A DNA stretch of 64,000 bases, from contig JAQGDQ010000116.1 of the NCBI GenBank assembly GCA_030141605.1, forward strand, positions 62,001 through 126,000. Reading direction: 5' to 3'. Shown here in pieces: positions 12,664 through 26,952 of the stretch (its first letter is position 1; each line of letters begins with the position of its first letter). The position numbers and the translations under genes were made by a program. Source of the stretch: Tubiluchus corallicola. Lineage: Eukaryota > Animalia > Priapulida. The notes beneath the pieces were generated by a model. It was not told where the DNA came from. It did not search any database and saw nothing but the letters and a program-made list of their open reading frames with translations.

Positions 12664-14674
12664 ATGCCACCCAAAAATAAACAAAGTGGTACTAAAGGCG
12701 CTTCAAAAAGTAGCAAGCAGAGTAAAACAGAAAGTGGCAAGTCTGGTGGAGATGTGGACGACAAAAAAGGAAAAGGGGAGAAGAAAGGCGGTAATTCTAT
12801 AAAGGTTATTATTATCTAAACTATCCTTTAAACCAAACTAAGAATTACAATTTTTACATAATTTTGTTTTCAAGATTATCAACCCAGAATTTTAAACTTG
12901 AAAAACCAAATTATGAAGCAAGAATTGCTAAATCAACAATTTGAGCATATACTGTTACTGGCATTCTGGTTTTTTTACTGTAAGTTAGTACATGGGCTAC
13001 AAGGTTCTATCTTGCTTTTGCACTAGGCACCAAAGTTAAGTTATGCCAAGGCTATTCATTATAAGAATGGATAAGCATTGGATTCAATACTTGCTTTATA
13101 AAAAGATAGAGTTAACTGCATAAGGATATTAATAATATGGCTATTACAGCAAATTATAATACTTGTCATTTATACGTATGTAACCACATGTTTTCATATC
13201 CTTTCATACCACAAGCCTTTGAAGTCATAATAAGTGTACATTCACTATTTTTTGGATATCTGCTGTACCTTTGTTTTTCTTGCCTCACTGCTGATTGTGC
13301 ATTTGTTAATACTATTTCTGTAAAGATGTTCTCCATTTTTTTCAAAAGAGGTTTGCTGTATGGCATTTTGAGTTGTTACTCAAGGTTCTGTAATAATCTG
13401 TTCTACTTTGTTTCCACTGTTCGTCAGTTATCTGGTAAATTCTATAAACACCTATATTGTTATACTGTCATAGTGCTGCTGATACTACTGTACCTTGTAG
13501 TTACCTCAATGCCCCACTACACAGTTGTCGATTTAGCATCTCACGTGCTTGAAGGGAGTTGCTTTAATATTTAATTGGCCTTGATCTGAAGCTGAGATTG
13601 GTTTGTCACATTTAATAGAAAAAAGTTGAAACTTGCCTTTTGATTGACATCCTAATACTACATTGATTAATGATCATTGGGTGTTTATTTGTTGACCTTG
13701 ACTTTTACATTAATTTTACAAAGTACCTTAAGAAGTAGTTAGGAATTTTTAAAAATGGTGAATACCTGTATTTTACTCAAAAGTATCATGATACTGTTCT
13801 TTATATTTCCAAGTCGACTATCTAATCTTGTATGAGTGCTACAGCTACAATTGAGCTGGTATTGCAGTTGTTTATAATATTTAGTTTAGGTTACCTTTGA
13901 AGCAATTGGTCTTCACAGCATGTTCGATGCATAACAATGCATAATGGAGAAAGCTATTGTAGTAATGTAGTAAGTTTTTTCTTATTATAGGTGAGACACA
14001 TTCTTTGTGAAAAACACTCAAAAATCATGGAAGCTATGGAAAAATTAAAAAGCGGAATGAAGTTTAATGAAATTGCCTCTCAGTACAGTGAAGACAAAGC
14101 ACGTCAGGGTGTAAGTGAATTGTTGACTACCAAAATAATTAATGTTGAACTAGCATGAAATATAATTCATTGGCCTTGCATGTAAATGATAAGTTTGTCT
14201 GTTTGGTGTTTGAGCCCCCTAAAGCTAATTAATCTGAACTTGGCTAAATTTGTTGAGCTTTCATGCAAAGACTTCTACTATTCTAATCGCAAAAGCCAAA
14301 AACACGATTTTTTATTCCACTTTTATTTTGCATTGGCATTTTTGTTTACTAGCTAAAATTTTAGAACAAGGAACAGGAAACTGTTTGTGCTGTGCGGGTA
14401 CGGAAGTGGCTTGTTAGTAATAGTTGTGCCAGTGTAAATCTGAAGTTAGATGTATTAAAATAGTACCAGACTATAAATATACTTGACTAAGTTTTTGTTT
14501 GAATATATTCCATAGGGTGATTTAGGTTGGATGACGAGGGGATCCATGGTCGGTTCATTTCAAGATGCTGCCTTTTCATTGCCAGTCAGCACTTTAGCGA
14601 ATCCGGTTTACACAGATCCACCTATAAAGACAAAGTTTGGTTACCACATCATTTTGGTAGAAGGCAAAAAGTAG
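12664..14674 (+). CDS. PIN4: Peptidyl-prolyl cis-trans isomerase NIMA-interacting 4 (parvulin-14), 139 aa
   Basis: Exons 12664-12804, 13991-14110 and 14516-14674, all phase 0. Basic G/K-rich N-terminus MPPKNKQSG..., then VRHILCEKH...[29 protein letters not shown]...[19 protein letters not shown]. Confidence 0.97.
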
Positions 14675-15844
14675 TCGGAGGTTTTCATTTTTGTACATTT
14701 TTGTTGTAATTTTAACATACTTTTTGTTGGAAGTTATATGTTGTCTCATTTTCATCAGAGGAAACTTACATTGTTCTGCCATGAAAACTGCATAGTGCAA
14801 CTTGTGGTCAAAAAAGTAATTATAGCTTTATTTTTAAACCTTATGGCAACAATTTGTTAAATTGTTGTGCCGCACCAATATATTAAAAGGTGTTTAAATA
14901 TTTAAATAGAATATTGACAATGATGCTAGTGACCACTTTTAGTTAAATTACTAAAAGACTGAGGCAGGATTCTTGCAGTTCAAAGTACAGATCAAAATAA
15001 CCAGATTTTAGGTTTAAACAAAAAGTAATATACGGAAGAAGCCTTATACGAGAGCTAAGCTAATTAGAGAAGAAATTGGCAATGCAATTTCAGTAATAGG
15101 CAAAAATCACAAGATTTCATAAATAAAATTTGTATACCATAATACTGAGTGTTTGTTCTGTTTGGTTTGCAGCTTTAGGATTGCATTATGTAGTTTGTAA
15201 GCAGCTTTGTAAACCCGTGGTGGACTGCATTTCAATAATTTTTTTTTGGATTTAACATACTACTGCTGTAATCAAATTTCTGGTTGATTCCAGTCAGCTA
15301 TAACAATGCTGCAGGTACCCCGCAAAGACGTGCCATATAATGCCGTACTTGTAATACATCTTGCTAGTTGTTATTGCAGACAGCATAGTGAGGGTTTATG
15401 TTGTATTACTTCATTGATATATTTAAACTTTTTTGATTTTTCTCAGATCTCAACAGTATGTTTTTTCAAGTTGTCCGTGGTAAACAATGCTCAAATTTTT
15501 CCATTAATTTTTTATAATAAGGTTAACAAAGAAATTATTTAGTTAATAAAAATAGTAAAATTACGAAGTGTTAGTGTTGATGTTAAAGTAAAGCACAGAA
15601 ACATTAATTAGACAGCTGTTGGGCAACAATTACAACGTGGCTACTAATTAACGTTTCAGTACCTGTCATAATACTGCTTTTATGTAGCACTATTTAAATC
15701 TTTTTTTTTGAAAAAATAGCCAAAAAACCAATTTCTCAACTTTTCAAGTTTGTTTTTGTACATTTTGAATTTTCATACATCTTGCATCCCTTTACTACTA
15801 GTACAAAAATTCCCTAGCATAAAAGATGCTACATTTTATGAGTT

Positions 15845-16433
15845 TTGAAGTATATTTTGATGATATTAAAAGTAGAAAGCAACAAGCAATGCATGCTTTT
15901 CTTCAGCACAAGAATGTATTAACTAGCAAGAAATTAAGTCTTAACATAAGACTTCGATTATTTAATGCTTACGTTACTAGCATATTTATGTACAACAGCG
16001 AAACTTGTGGTTTAAAGATTACTCAAGAAAAACAGTTTGACACATTTCATAGAAGTCTTCTTAGCAAAGTTTTAAAAATAAGATGGCCATACATACATAA
16101 GCAAAAATGAAGATTTATACAGCAGAATGAAAGAAATTTATTGGAGTTCAAAAGTCAAGATCCGAAGATTAAGATGGTTAGGACATCTTCTAAGATTAAC
16201 AAATGAAGCACTAGTAAGAATCGCCTTAAAGGAAGCCTTAAAACCTCCTGGCACACCCAAAACAACTTGGATAGCTAGGATAAATAGAAATGTGTAACAA
16301 CTTTAACAAAATTTGTCTTTAAAAGTACAAGAACTTGTACTGTTAACTGCAGATGTAAGTGGGTGAAATACTGTGATACATGTTGATACCTCAATGCCTA
16401 CAATAGGTGGAATGAGATTTTAAGAAGAAGAAG
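15845..16433 (+). mobile_element. 5'-truncated RTE-clade LINE remnant
   Basis: KLSLNIRLRLFNAYVTSIFMYNSET...VLKIRWP, then RRLRWLGHLLR...PKTTW, ending in a (GAA)n tail. Confidence 0.8.
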
Positions 16434-16521
16434 TACTTAAATTTTTATTTTGAATTTGGGCAGTTTTCCGTGAGGATCTTTGAGTACAGCTACAGCAGTG
16501 TGCTCATTATTAAGTAGTTTA

Positions 16522-17013
16522 TAGGGGCGAGCATCGAACGTTCCAAACAAATTGGAACGTTTGAATTCGATTCTAACGAGTTTTTTTTAATTCGAATTCG
16601 ATTCAAACCTAAAATTATAGATTCTAATAATTCAGCACTTCAACCATATGCATTCTTTTGTCACTAAAACGTTTTAAACATCATGCAATTAGCACAATTT
16701 AGCTGCGATTTCTGTGCACAATCTTTAAACTAATTATCAGTGGTTTTATTTTTCTTCAAAATCTCATTCCACCTATTGTTGTAGGCATTGAGGTATCAAC
16801 ACTTATCAGAGAAGTCGACCCAGTGGTTTTACTGCAGAACAAAATCGAGTAATACGGCCTATGCATGATCTTTGTAAAACCACTTTTTACTGAGGGTTTG
16901 AAAACTTGTTCGAAAATCTTTCGAACTTAATTCGAATTCGAAATACTGAAATTCGGTTTCATTCGAATTCGAAAGTCACAAATTCGATTTCTGGTAGAGA
17001 ATACTCACCGTTA
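16522..17013. mobile_element. hAT-like MITE with TTCGAA/ATTCG subterminal repeats
   Basis: Degenerate TIR TAGGGGCGAGCAT ... ATACTCACCGTTA with dense ATTCGAATTCG motifs at both ends. The 8-bp flanks GTAGTTTA and GTTATTTA match at 6 of 8 positions. Confidence 0.65.
16749..16820 (-). mobile_element. 72-bp extreme 5'-truncated RTE LINE insertion with 11-bp TSD
   Basis: The reverse complement matches the 3' end of the LINE at about 16381-16430. CAGTGGTTTTA flanks it at 16738-16748 and 16821-16831. Confidence 0.8.
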
Positions 17014-20000
17014 GTTATTTATCTATCAAGTATCATTGAATATTACAGCTGTGTTCTGTAGAATGTTATGAATTAATATACATGTATACTGTTTTCACGA
17101 CTACTAGATGGCGCCAAGTATTTGCAAAAGTTGCAAGTTTACACTTGCGAAGCACGAGACGCTGTTCACGTTTAAAATTCATTAAAGTGATTTTCTTTTT
17201 TAAGCTCGGAAACTGAAATTGCTGTCGGTCTTTGTAGCGGATAAACTGTCATTATCAGTTAGCGGGTAGTTAAATTACACTAGTTTACTAAGGCTATGGT
17301 AATTTTTTGGAGAAGAGAGGCGTACAGTACAGTATTTTGTGTAACTGACTAGGTATTACAATAAGGTATCGTCTAAGATTGCGTAATTCAGGCCCGCTGC
17401 TAGTATTACTTTTTATTAGTCTTAGGGATTGTAGGTATATATGGGCAGTGGGAGGTTGTCCATCGCCATTGAATTTTTACTGCTGCTTGGTTAACCTGTG
17501 CCATAACTTCATGACACATTCTAATCGGAATTCATATTCCAAATGATACAACAACATTTAAATGCTATCGTGAACGCAATCACGCATAAAGTTAATGCTT
17601 AAATAAAGACTGAAAACATTGCTAAACACCTTGCTAATATTTTCATTTTTCTATTAGAAATTAGCAGAAGTTTTTAGAAAAATGAAATTGTAAGGTTGCT
17701 TTTGCATTTTTTTAAAGCCCATGGGCTTACAAATTTTATTCTTGCGCATTTTAGGCATTTTTAATACTCAATATTAAATTTGGAAATTCTATTATACAAT
17801 TATTTGCCCTGAAAATAAATAGTTTTGCCTTGAAAATGTAAACTTTATTGCTCTCGGAGGGTGGCAACGACACCCCCCGACCCTCCCCCTACGTCTAAAT
17901 TTCTACAGTAGCTCTTGCATGAATTATTTATTATTATGAAAATTTTGTTTATTGTGTGTGTTGAAATGGTATTGCATTAGCTACATCTAAAGAAAGAAAT
18001 CTTATGCCTGTAATTGTGCCACTGCAATTTATAATGATTGTTCCCATGGTAACCAGTTAATGGAAGTGGACGTCCAAGGAAAAATTGGAGACTATGCAAG
18101 CCTTCTTTTCTAATCTGCTTTATGTCTTTGACTAGTTTGAAGGCAGTGGAAAATCCAAATCCTGACTAGGTTCCTTTTGATGACTCCTAGTGTGATGTTA
18201 CTTTGTATGGTGTAAATGATAGACTAGTGTTGTTCTGACAAGTTCACAGTTTTTTCTTATTACCCAGTAGTTAGAGAATTGCCATAAGAGCATTCTGAAT
18301 GTGCGTTTCAATTGGCTATATCTTTGCCAACCATAAAAGAATACGAGTTCCCGTGTTAATAAAGAGAATATTTTGGAATTATAGTTTGATCATCAATATT
18401 ATCTACTGACGGGTGTAAAGGTGACTAGTAGAATATTTATTTACAGAGCAACAAAATACAAATAAAAGTTCATGTCCATGTGTGTAGTAACTAGTCGAGT
18501 AAACTACGTATGCTAATGTTGTTGATATTTGTAGGGGGTGTGTCTTACCAATTCTCCTTATATTTACTTCTATATACTTTATATTTACTTTACCTTTTAC
18601 TTCTCTTTATCAATTTATATTTCTACCTTTAGTTTCTTGGTGTTATCTGGCATCTCTAAACTAAGCAATGAGCCACTGTCTCGTAAAACTATATGCAGGC
18701 AAACTGCATCTATATTTACATTTAATGGATGTTTTGGTGAACTTTAAGCCAGACCATGTGGATATAGTGTTCAGGCAAAAATTGTTCAAATATTTGTGAC
18801 CCTGTCATTCACGTATGTATACAGTGCAGAAGTAAAATGTGAATTGAACATTTGTGAGAATCTACAGCATACACAATAGTAGGCGACAGACCATCGTAGA
18901 ATCTGAATTTCTGTATCAGAAAAAATTCGCAAGTTAAGAATGTTTCACAGCAGAACAATAAACGATGGTTATCAAAGTAAATATACCTGATAATACTGTT
19001 AGAGAATTGTATTTTTATAGAATTTGACACACTATAAGTCAGTTTTCAGCCCTGTAATGGTGGACCTTCTTTGTGTTGACAGTTTTGACAGGACCAAGTT
19101 TCATTATCAACGTTAATTTTTCATTACCTCAGACATGGGGTATTAAAGGGTGTTTTAACCAAGTTTGCCTATATATACATAACTAGAGTCTGTACAGTAT
19201 GGTTGATAAAGCCACCCATCAATGATTTTTTGGCAGTCATCCATCTGTTTATTAGTCACCCCGAGAACTGCCTAACTTTTGGTATACTGCACACACTGTT
19301 GCCACTCAGCTGTTTTATGTAAAATGTTCTGAATTGCAGTGGTTTCTTTTTATATTATCCCATGTAGTTTCGCTGCTTTCGCATTCGTCGTACCATTCAA
19401 ACTAGGCCTCTGGGAATGTTGACATGTTTTGATATCTATTCACAATTTTTGCTACAGACATCTTCACATTATCAAAGTTTTATTTCTTGGTCACAATTTT
19501 CACTAAGATTTACAAGGCGTAAGACTTGCATTTGTATGGCTGCTAAATTCCATGCGTTGTCTTTTACAAGTAACTAATCTTGTGCGAGGTGCTGGTTTGC
19601 GAATCAATAAGGACACGGTCCCTGCACCGTAAATCAATCATGTGGTGATTGAACAGTCCCTGTGTGCTGCAGCAGCTGACGTGGCTTTGGCACTTTTCCA
19701 AGTCTTATGATCTGCAGATCTAGGAATCTGCAAAACATTTGTGTTTGGCATGATGCAATACCGCAGGCAAGGTCTGTCGTGTCTGGAAAATGTTTTACGA
19801 AACGATCAGCCCATCTATGTTTTTTATAGTATCTCTGTCACTGAGTGAATCATTTTAAGCATGGTTTTTATTCTGTATTGATTTTGGCAGTACTTTGAAA
19901 TATGCTTGCTGAATTAGGTTACTATATAATTTGTTAAGAATGAAATCTAGCTGTTGTATGTTTTTTCCATCAGTATAATTACAGTTTAGCTACAATATTC

Positions 20001-22146
20001 ACTTTCTTTATAAAATATAATGATATGGTAATTTTGCTAGAATAGATTTAGATAATTTTTTCCCTTCTTTTGCTAATTTTGTTTCGAAGAGTCATTGTCT
20101 TCGAATACATTTTTGTTCAAGCTATGAAGCGATTACTATCTAAGGAAAGGACGACTTCAACCTTGTAATCCTTCGCTTATTCGCGAATACAAAATTTTCG
20201 CATAATGCATAATGACAATAAACCGTTAGACGTCTATTTACTGATTTTACTATGATTATTATTTTAGTAATAGTTCAGAAGTTGTAAGCAGTTCGCTAGT
20301 TCTTTAAATAGTTCGAAGTTTTTTCTCTAAGCCATTATAAATTCACAGATTAATGCAAATAAAAGTTTAGAAAAAAGTATTCATTTTATCTTGTCAGTTA
20401 TCGTTGAGAGCTTAAATTTGTCATTTTTACTGCAGTAATTTGCGTTGCCCCAGTTTATGTGTCTAGGCTCGATTGTGATCCTATGCTTTAGCTCAAAAGT
20501 AGTCACCACAAGAAGAATGATGATCAAAACTAAAGATAGGTTTAAATGCTGTATTATCATGCTGTGGCAATCAAGCTGGTATTCACTTCGTAACAACAAC
20601 GTAGTGAACGTTTGTGTACTCGATGAACACTGGCGATTTGAAGTCATTGTGGTGGAATGTAATGACCCTCAGCCCCTGACCTTTGAAAACGCGCAGAGTT
20701 GTAATCGTAAAACCTGTTTCAAGCACCTACGGCCATAGGGTCATTTTACTGCAGGCTTTACGACATTGCAATATGGTGGCAGAAACTGTATGATCTGCTT
20801 GATGTTATGTTCAAAAATTTAGTCCATTAGCTTGCATGATCATCCAAGTAAAGTATGTAATCTCATAAAATGACAAATTTTACAAATCATTAACGTCCGA
20901 AACGTATTGGTGCCGAAAATGCCAAGAATTGGTACGATTAAAACAATGATAAAATCAATTTCTTTATCGCATATGTTAAGTAAATACATGCTGTTAAGGC
21001 TAGTGAAGTATTTTTGTTAGTTTACGAAATAGTCATCCTATTTTGCGATGTTCAAAAGGTATAATTTATATGGGTAAGGCAAGATGTTTAATTTTGAAAG
21101 ATTTTGAAATAAAATTATTTCACGTTTTTTAATTCGACGTGTGTTTTCGTTATTAGAATGGCACAGCTTTATTGGTTTGTATGAATTTTCCCATCAACTA
21201 CGTACTGGTCTATAGAACAGTGAATGTCCATCATCTCACCTACATAAGTCAAAATATGATCAAATAAAATTTCCTTTTTAGTAGAACGCCTGTATTTTTA
21301 CTAACATCTTAACACAGGATTTTTAGTGTGGCAGACACTTCTATTATTATATATTATTTGTTTATATTTTTGCTCACATTTTATTGTTTTAACACGTGAT
21401 TTTGGGCCTGGTAGAGATTTTTACATTATATTCTTATTATGTACTAATATAATTTTTATTCTTTTCAAACTTCAAATTTGATTTTTAAGTACTTGCTGAA
21501 TCGTTTTGAACGAAAACAGTGCCATGGTTAGTGTGTATATTGTAGTGTATAGGTGCTTGCATGCGTGTGTTGCTTGTTTTTGATGAATGCTAATTATCAT
21601 ACTCTAAACTGTTTGAGCTAGTTTGAAATTGAACTTCATCAGTATACTGTTGTAGGTGTTTTTATCTAGTAACTGTATAAAAAAGAGCAAATCCACTGAC
21701 TGGGTTCATGGGACCAAGCTACTTGCATTGTGTTCTGGAAGGCAGTATGATAAATAAATTTCCAAATGAAAATAGAATTTACAGTGCCCTAATTTTATCG
21801 CTGTGACTGTCTTCATAAGGCTAAAATGGGTTATAGTGCAGAGTAGGTTATAAATACAAATTTCCAATGGAAAGCGAAATCAATACCAAATGAAAAAGCG
21901 TAATCATTTACTTTGTCTGCTACACATACTTGTTATGTAACAGAAAATATGTGTCTTATTTAAGCCTGTTTTGTAACGCTGTCTTAAATAATTTTAGTAT
22001 CTTATCCTATTATTCTTTGTTCACAAATCTTAGAATTAAAAAAGCTTTTAGTATTGCAAATGCAGATGAATAATGTTTTGTACTCCTAAAATGACATTTG
22101 GCATGATGCTAAAAGAAAATGAAATTGAAATTTTGCTACATTAGCA

Positions 22147-22168
22147 ATTATTATTATTAATATTAGTA

Positions 22169-22200
<32 letters not shown>

Positions 22201-22215
22201 GCTGCTGTTATTATT
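22147..22215. repeat. Imperfect (ATT)n microsatellite
   Basis: Direct reading. Confidence 0.85.
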
Positions 22216-22319
22216 GCAGTATATAAATTTGAAAGTTTAATTATTAGCATAAGTTACATAGTTTCTATGCATTTAAATTGTTTAAGAAATGTTCAGTTTG
22301 CTATATTTTGTTACTACAG

Positions 22320-22391
22320 GAAGCCAGATTTTGACCATTATCCGCAAAACCTAATTTGTGAACAACATTGTGGAAATTTGTTTTTTCCTGG
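22320..22391 (+). other. Candidate non-coding 5' UTR exon of TBL1
   Basis: Acceptor TTTTGTTACTACAG| and strong donor |GTGAGT. No recognisable coding content. Confidence 0.4.
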
Positions 22392-23239
22392 GTGAGTGAT
22401 GCCGAGTTGTCATCGTGCGTGCTTAGTGACGGAAGTGAAGTAAAGATGGGCCTGGTTAATAAATGGATGTACTAAACATTTCTGGGCTGTTTTATTTGCC
22501 ATACTGTTAACTGACTATTTGCTTCATTAATGAAGGCTGTATCTAAAAGTAGTTAAGACAGCTTTGCGGTGCCAATTTAGTACTTTGTGTTAGAGGCTAA
22601 ATCCTAATTCCTTGTTGCTGAGGTAGGAGTAGTCCCAGCACAATCATCGATATACGTAGGTTCTTCTGTTCATACTAGTAATAGTATTTCTTGTTTTTTT
22701 AGTAATTAATATGCTAATTTTACTGTGGATGCATTGCAATGTTGTGTTTATTTTATAATGCTTTTCTTAATTTCTTGTTTTTCATTTGTAATAGTACTTT
22801 TATTTTTACCAATTACTAACCACACCTAGACTAATGGAAATAACGTTATGTTTTTACATATCCAAGTAAAAATTTTATTTCTATTCTATTGAGGGCTGCC
22901 CTGGGTCGAATTAAAAAAAATAATAGTGCCATTTGTTAAATTAGCATTGCTACTGTCTTTGAACAGAAAATTACTTATTCGAGATGTACCAACGAATATT
23001 ATAGTTTATTTAGTAAATTTATATATCGATAGTTCAATACCGCTGGCTCATAGAACTGACCTCGCCGATAACCTACATTGCGAAATCTATTTTGGAATAC
23101 CTACAACTGTATTTAGTGATGCTTTTAGATTTGTATAAGTTGCGAGTTTCCTTGGTGTACACACTCTTCTTGCATATATCCAGTCTAGCTGCTTTTGCTC
23201 TGAAAGCTTTCAATCATGCACTGACGAGGTATTGATCTG

Positions 23240-23430
23240 CAGAATGCGAAGTACAGTCGGAGAGAGAAAGAGAATGGGGGTCTGTCGTGCTCCACCAGCC
23301 AGTTAATATTATACGAGCGTGTATTTTATGTGTGCGCGTGCATTTCTCGGGCGGGGGAGAGTTCGCAGTTCTCACGATCGTGTACTGTAGCTAGAACAAG
23401 GTGTGCACCGCATGGTGTGGTCACGAACTG
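23240..23430 (+). promoter_or_regulatory. CpG-enriched promoter-like segment upstream of TBL1
   Basis: Local CpG and GC enrichment over the AT-rich background, a GA-repeat (GAGAGAGAAAGAGA) and a GC box GGGCGGGG near 23348. Confidence 0.35.
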
Positions 23431-26400
23431 TTTTTAACTTGAACTGTGTACATAGAAAAAACTTTTTTGCTGTGATTTATGCCTCTATACTGCTGGCGAG
23501 TGTTTAGCCACCATGGCTTGAAATTGTGAATATTGTGCAAAGTTCGTGATCTTGCTTATAAACACCATGAACTTGGTCGCACGGACCTGAATGAATTTGT
23601 GGACAATATAATTTTATGGTGTGTAAGAGCAGTAAAATAATACCAGCACTTTTTGTGAAAAATTGCACCCTTCATTTTCTAAATAAATTTGGAATTTTTT
23701 GAGAACATTAACTTTTATTTACGGTAAGTTGAGTGAAATGAGTGTATGTAAATTATATACATTCAACGTTGTGCTCGTTTGTTATCTTTCTTACGCATTC
23801 TGACTAATTTACTGCCACTAGTGGTAAATAGTACGCGTTAATTGGACTTATTGTATCTATTTATTATTTTAAATTCCGCATTCTTATAAAATGAACGTTG
23901 AAATAATTGTAATAAAAATTAACCCTTAATAAAAAACAAGCATATTTATACTTGTATTTATATTTAATAATTAAGAAGATTAATTATACATCTGTAACGA
24001 ATATTATTGTTAGGTTGTAGTAGTAGCTATCTAAATTTTTATAGTTTTTATTATTAGTAGGTACTAAGTTATATTGTACGCATGAAGTCTAAATAAAAAT
24101 CATGCACAAAATTTTTGCTAGCCATCTTTGGCGTCTCATTTATTTGATTACCCAATGCCGGGACAGTGTAGTCATTGCGTTTGATTCATCTAGGCTGTAG
24201 GTACTTTGATTTTAAAAGCTACTTTAGTAAAAATGCATATCATAATTAATACTGTAGAATTAATGCTACACTAAAAAACTGAAAGAATGTCATATTAATT
24301 TGTGAACGTGAATCGTTAGAGTGATTATTTTACTAATTTAATTGGGCCTTTGGGTCTATTTTCCTTAACTGCGTGAACTTCGCGTTTTCATGCATGTCTA
24401 TTTTTTCTAACCTTTCTTCAATCTAGGGTAAAATAATTTTGGATCATTAAGTAAATGATTTGACTGTATCGAGTTAGATTTAATATCGTTGTGTTTCGCA
24501 TATAATATGGTTGCAAGATAACTGTTATTAAAAATGATAATCGGACCTAGATTAATTAAGAATATTTCTGTTTCTGTGCGTGGCTGCTGTTTGTGCAACT
24601 TTGTGGGCATTGATATTTGTTGAGGAGATGGTCCCACGAATGGCAAGGTCAAGGCTGTTAGCTTTCACTAGAAAAATTCAGGATTTGTACTATTTGTGAC
24701 ATCATGTTGTAATGATATGTGTTCGCTAAAGTAGTTTATATTATTTCAAAAATAGGTAGATATAAGTAGGCAGTTTTCTGTTAGTACGCATTTGATTTCT
24801 TGGCTACCATTCTCGCTTGAATAATTCAATAATACTTTAATGTGAACATTGAATTTGTTTAATATCGAGAAGATGGTGACAACCGCGGGTCGTAAGCCAT
24901 TTTGCCACACCGAATCGCCCGTTAACTTTTGATTCTTGAAATAGGACACAGTTTTCTGATATTGCGTTGGCACTTTTTGTTTGTTTTCAGAAGACTTATA
25001 CGGTATAATTCAACGCGCCTAGTTTTGAAAGTGAAGGGGATTGCACAGAATTTTGTACGTTATGTGCATTTGAGGTGCCGTGGTAACTTTTGCGTTCGTA
25101 CACGTCATCACGGCAAATAATTTTTAAACCAGATACTGGGAAGGCCAACTCAGAAAATTTAATTCGCGTTCTGCCCCTCTCTCCCGTAGCTGCCAAAACA
25201 TGTTTCAGCTGATAGCGAAATTATGCCGCCTAATCCAACATCTGCCGTCGCAGGTTACTGCACTATATTTATCCTGGATGAAGCTGATATCATATAATAA
25301 TTTTAACATTCGTTACTATGGCAACATAGAATAGAGAGATTATGAATACACCATCCCTGTTCTGGTTATGGCAAGATAATAGAAGTCCGCGTATCCTGCA
25401 CACATTTCCTGTAATCGCTGTCAGTTCTGGTATTTGCATTATGAGTATAGCTTTCATGAAAATTTTTTTACTATTTTTTCCATCATTAAAATGCACAAAA
25501 CCCTAACTTAAATCTTGCTTTTAAAATTGTTGGTGTAAGATGCCTGGTTTACATAATTTTGAATATTAATAATTGATTATTTTTAACTATAAAAAATTTT
25601 TTAAATAGCTACTGTAAAGCATACCTATCGGCAGTTAAATTAAATGCAAATGTCAGATTTATAATTCGATGCCGTCCCACGACCATAAGTGAAATTATAT
25701 AATTTTATTTTCAGCTGTGCATTTATTTTTTCAATTAAAGCCACAAAATTTATTTTTTTATAGTCCCTATTAAATTTTAAGGAATGGTAAAAGTTAATGT
25801 AGTTTAGTATAGCACTACTTGTTTTTATTTTATTTTGCAGTTGTTTTATGTTTCAAAATTGTTTGAATCATTCATAAATTGGTTTTGATTTGTTGTGTTA
25901 GTCCTGTGCAATGTGCACTAAAGCTAGTACAACTAGTATATGTACTTCATAATTGGTTTGAAATATTTTGCCCTACGGCCTACGTGAATCTGATAATGCT
26001 TATCATTATATAAAAAAATTATAATGCGTACATTTTTAGAAAGATTTCCTTTTGAGGCTGCTGTCTTTTTTGATGAATAAACATGAGAAGTTTACAGGTT
26101 CTAACTGCTACTGTAGTCTATATTTAGTAACTAACATTAATAGTAATGAAAGCCTGTACAAAGCCATTTGGGGCCACGTTTTAATAATATACAACTGTGC
26201 TGTAGTAGAGTACAACAAAATCGCCTGTAAACTTCTTTGTACCTATAGGTTATACAAGTTTACATAGCAACATGTTAAAATAAATACACTCCCACTTTAC
26301 ATGTTGGAATTATTTAGACAAGGCACTTTGTACCCTGCAGTATACAATTTATAACTCATATGTTGTTCAGTCAGACATGTTAAATTGCTGAAAGACAAAT

Positions 26401-26485
26401 TGGTTGGGGTAAATTCTGACATTAGTGAGTTTTAGTAAAATAAGAATAAAATCAGAATAAAATAATGTGCTATATAAATAATATA

Positions 26486-26952
26486 CCGTATTTTCCCATG
26501 TATAAGAGACCCTTGTGTATAAGAGACCCCTTCAATTTTTAGGCAAAAATTCTGGAAAAAAGTTTTTTGGTAATGAATAACTTTATTCATCATAGAAATC
26601 ATTAAATTCCTCATCACTCTCATCAAAAATATCAACTGGAGTCAGACCTTCAGCAATTCCAGCCAGTTCATCATCAGAGGAATCACTCTGCTCAAAAATG
26701 GCATTGTCCTCTGTGCCGTCCATGGCATTGGAGATGCCACACTTCTTGAAAGATTTAATAATGACCTCTGGCTTTACACCATTCCATGCCTTGAGGACCC
26801 AGCTGCAGACTTCTCCAAGGGTTGGCTAAAATCATTAGTGTCACAATTTATGCATCTCATTGAAAAGACTTACTCCCATGTATAAGAGACCCCCTATTTT
26901 TAAAGTGAAAATTCTGGACAAAAAAGGGTCTCTTATACACGGGAAAATACGG
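26486..26952 (-). mobile_element. pogo/Tigger-family internal-deletion derivative with transposase C-terminus
   Basis: TIR CCGTATTTTCCCATGTATAAGAGACCC / GGGTCTCTTATACACGGGAAAATACGG with a TA TSD. Minus-strand 26825-26583 reads PTLGEVCSWVLKAWNGVKPEVIIKSFKKCGISNAMDGTEDNAIFEQ...DFYDE*. Confidence 0.92.
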
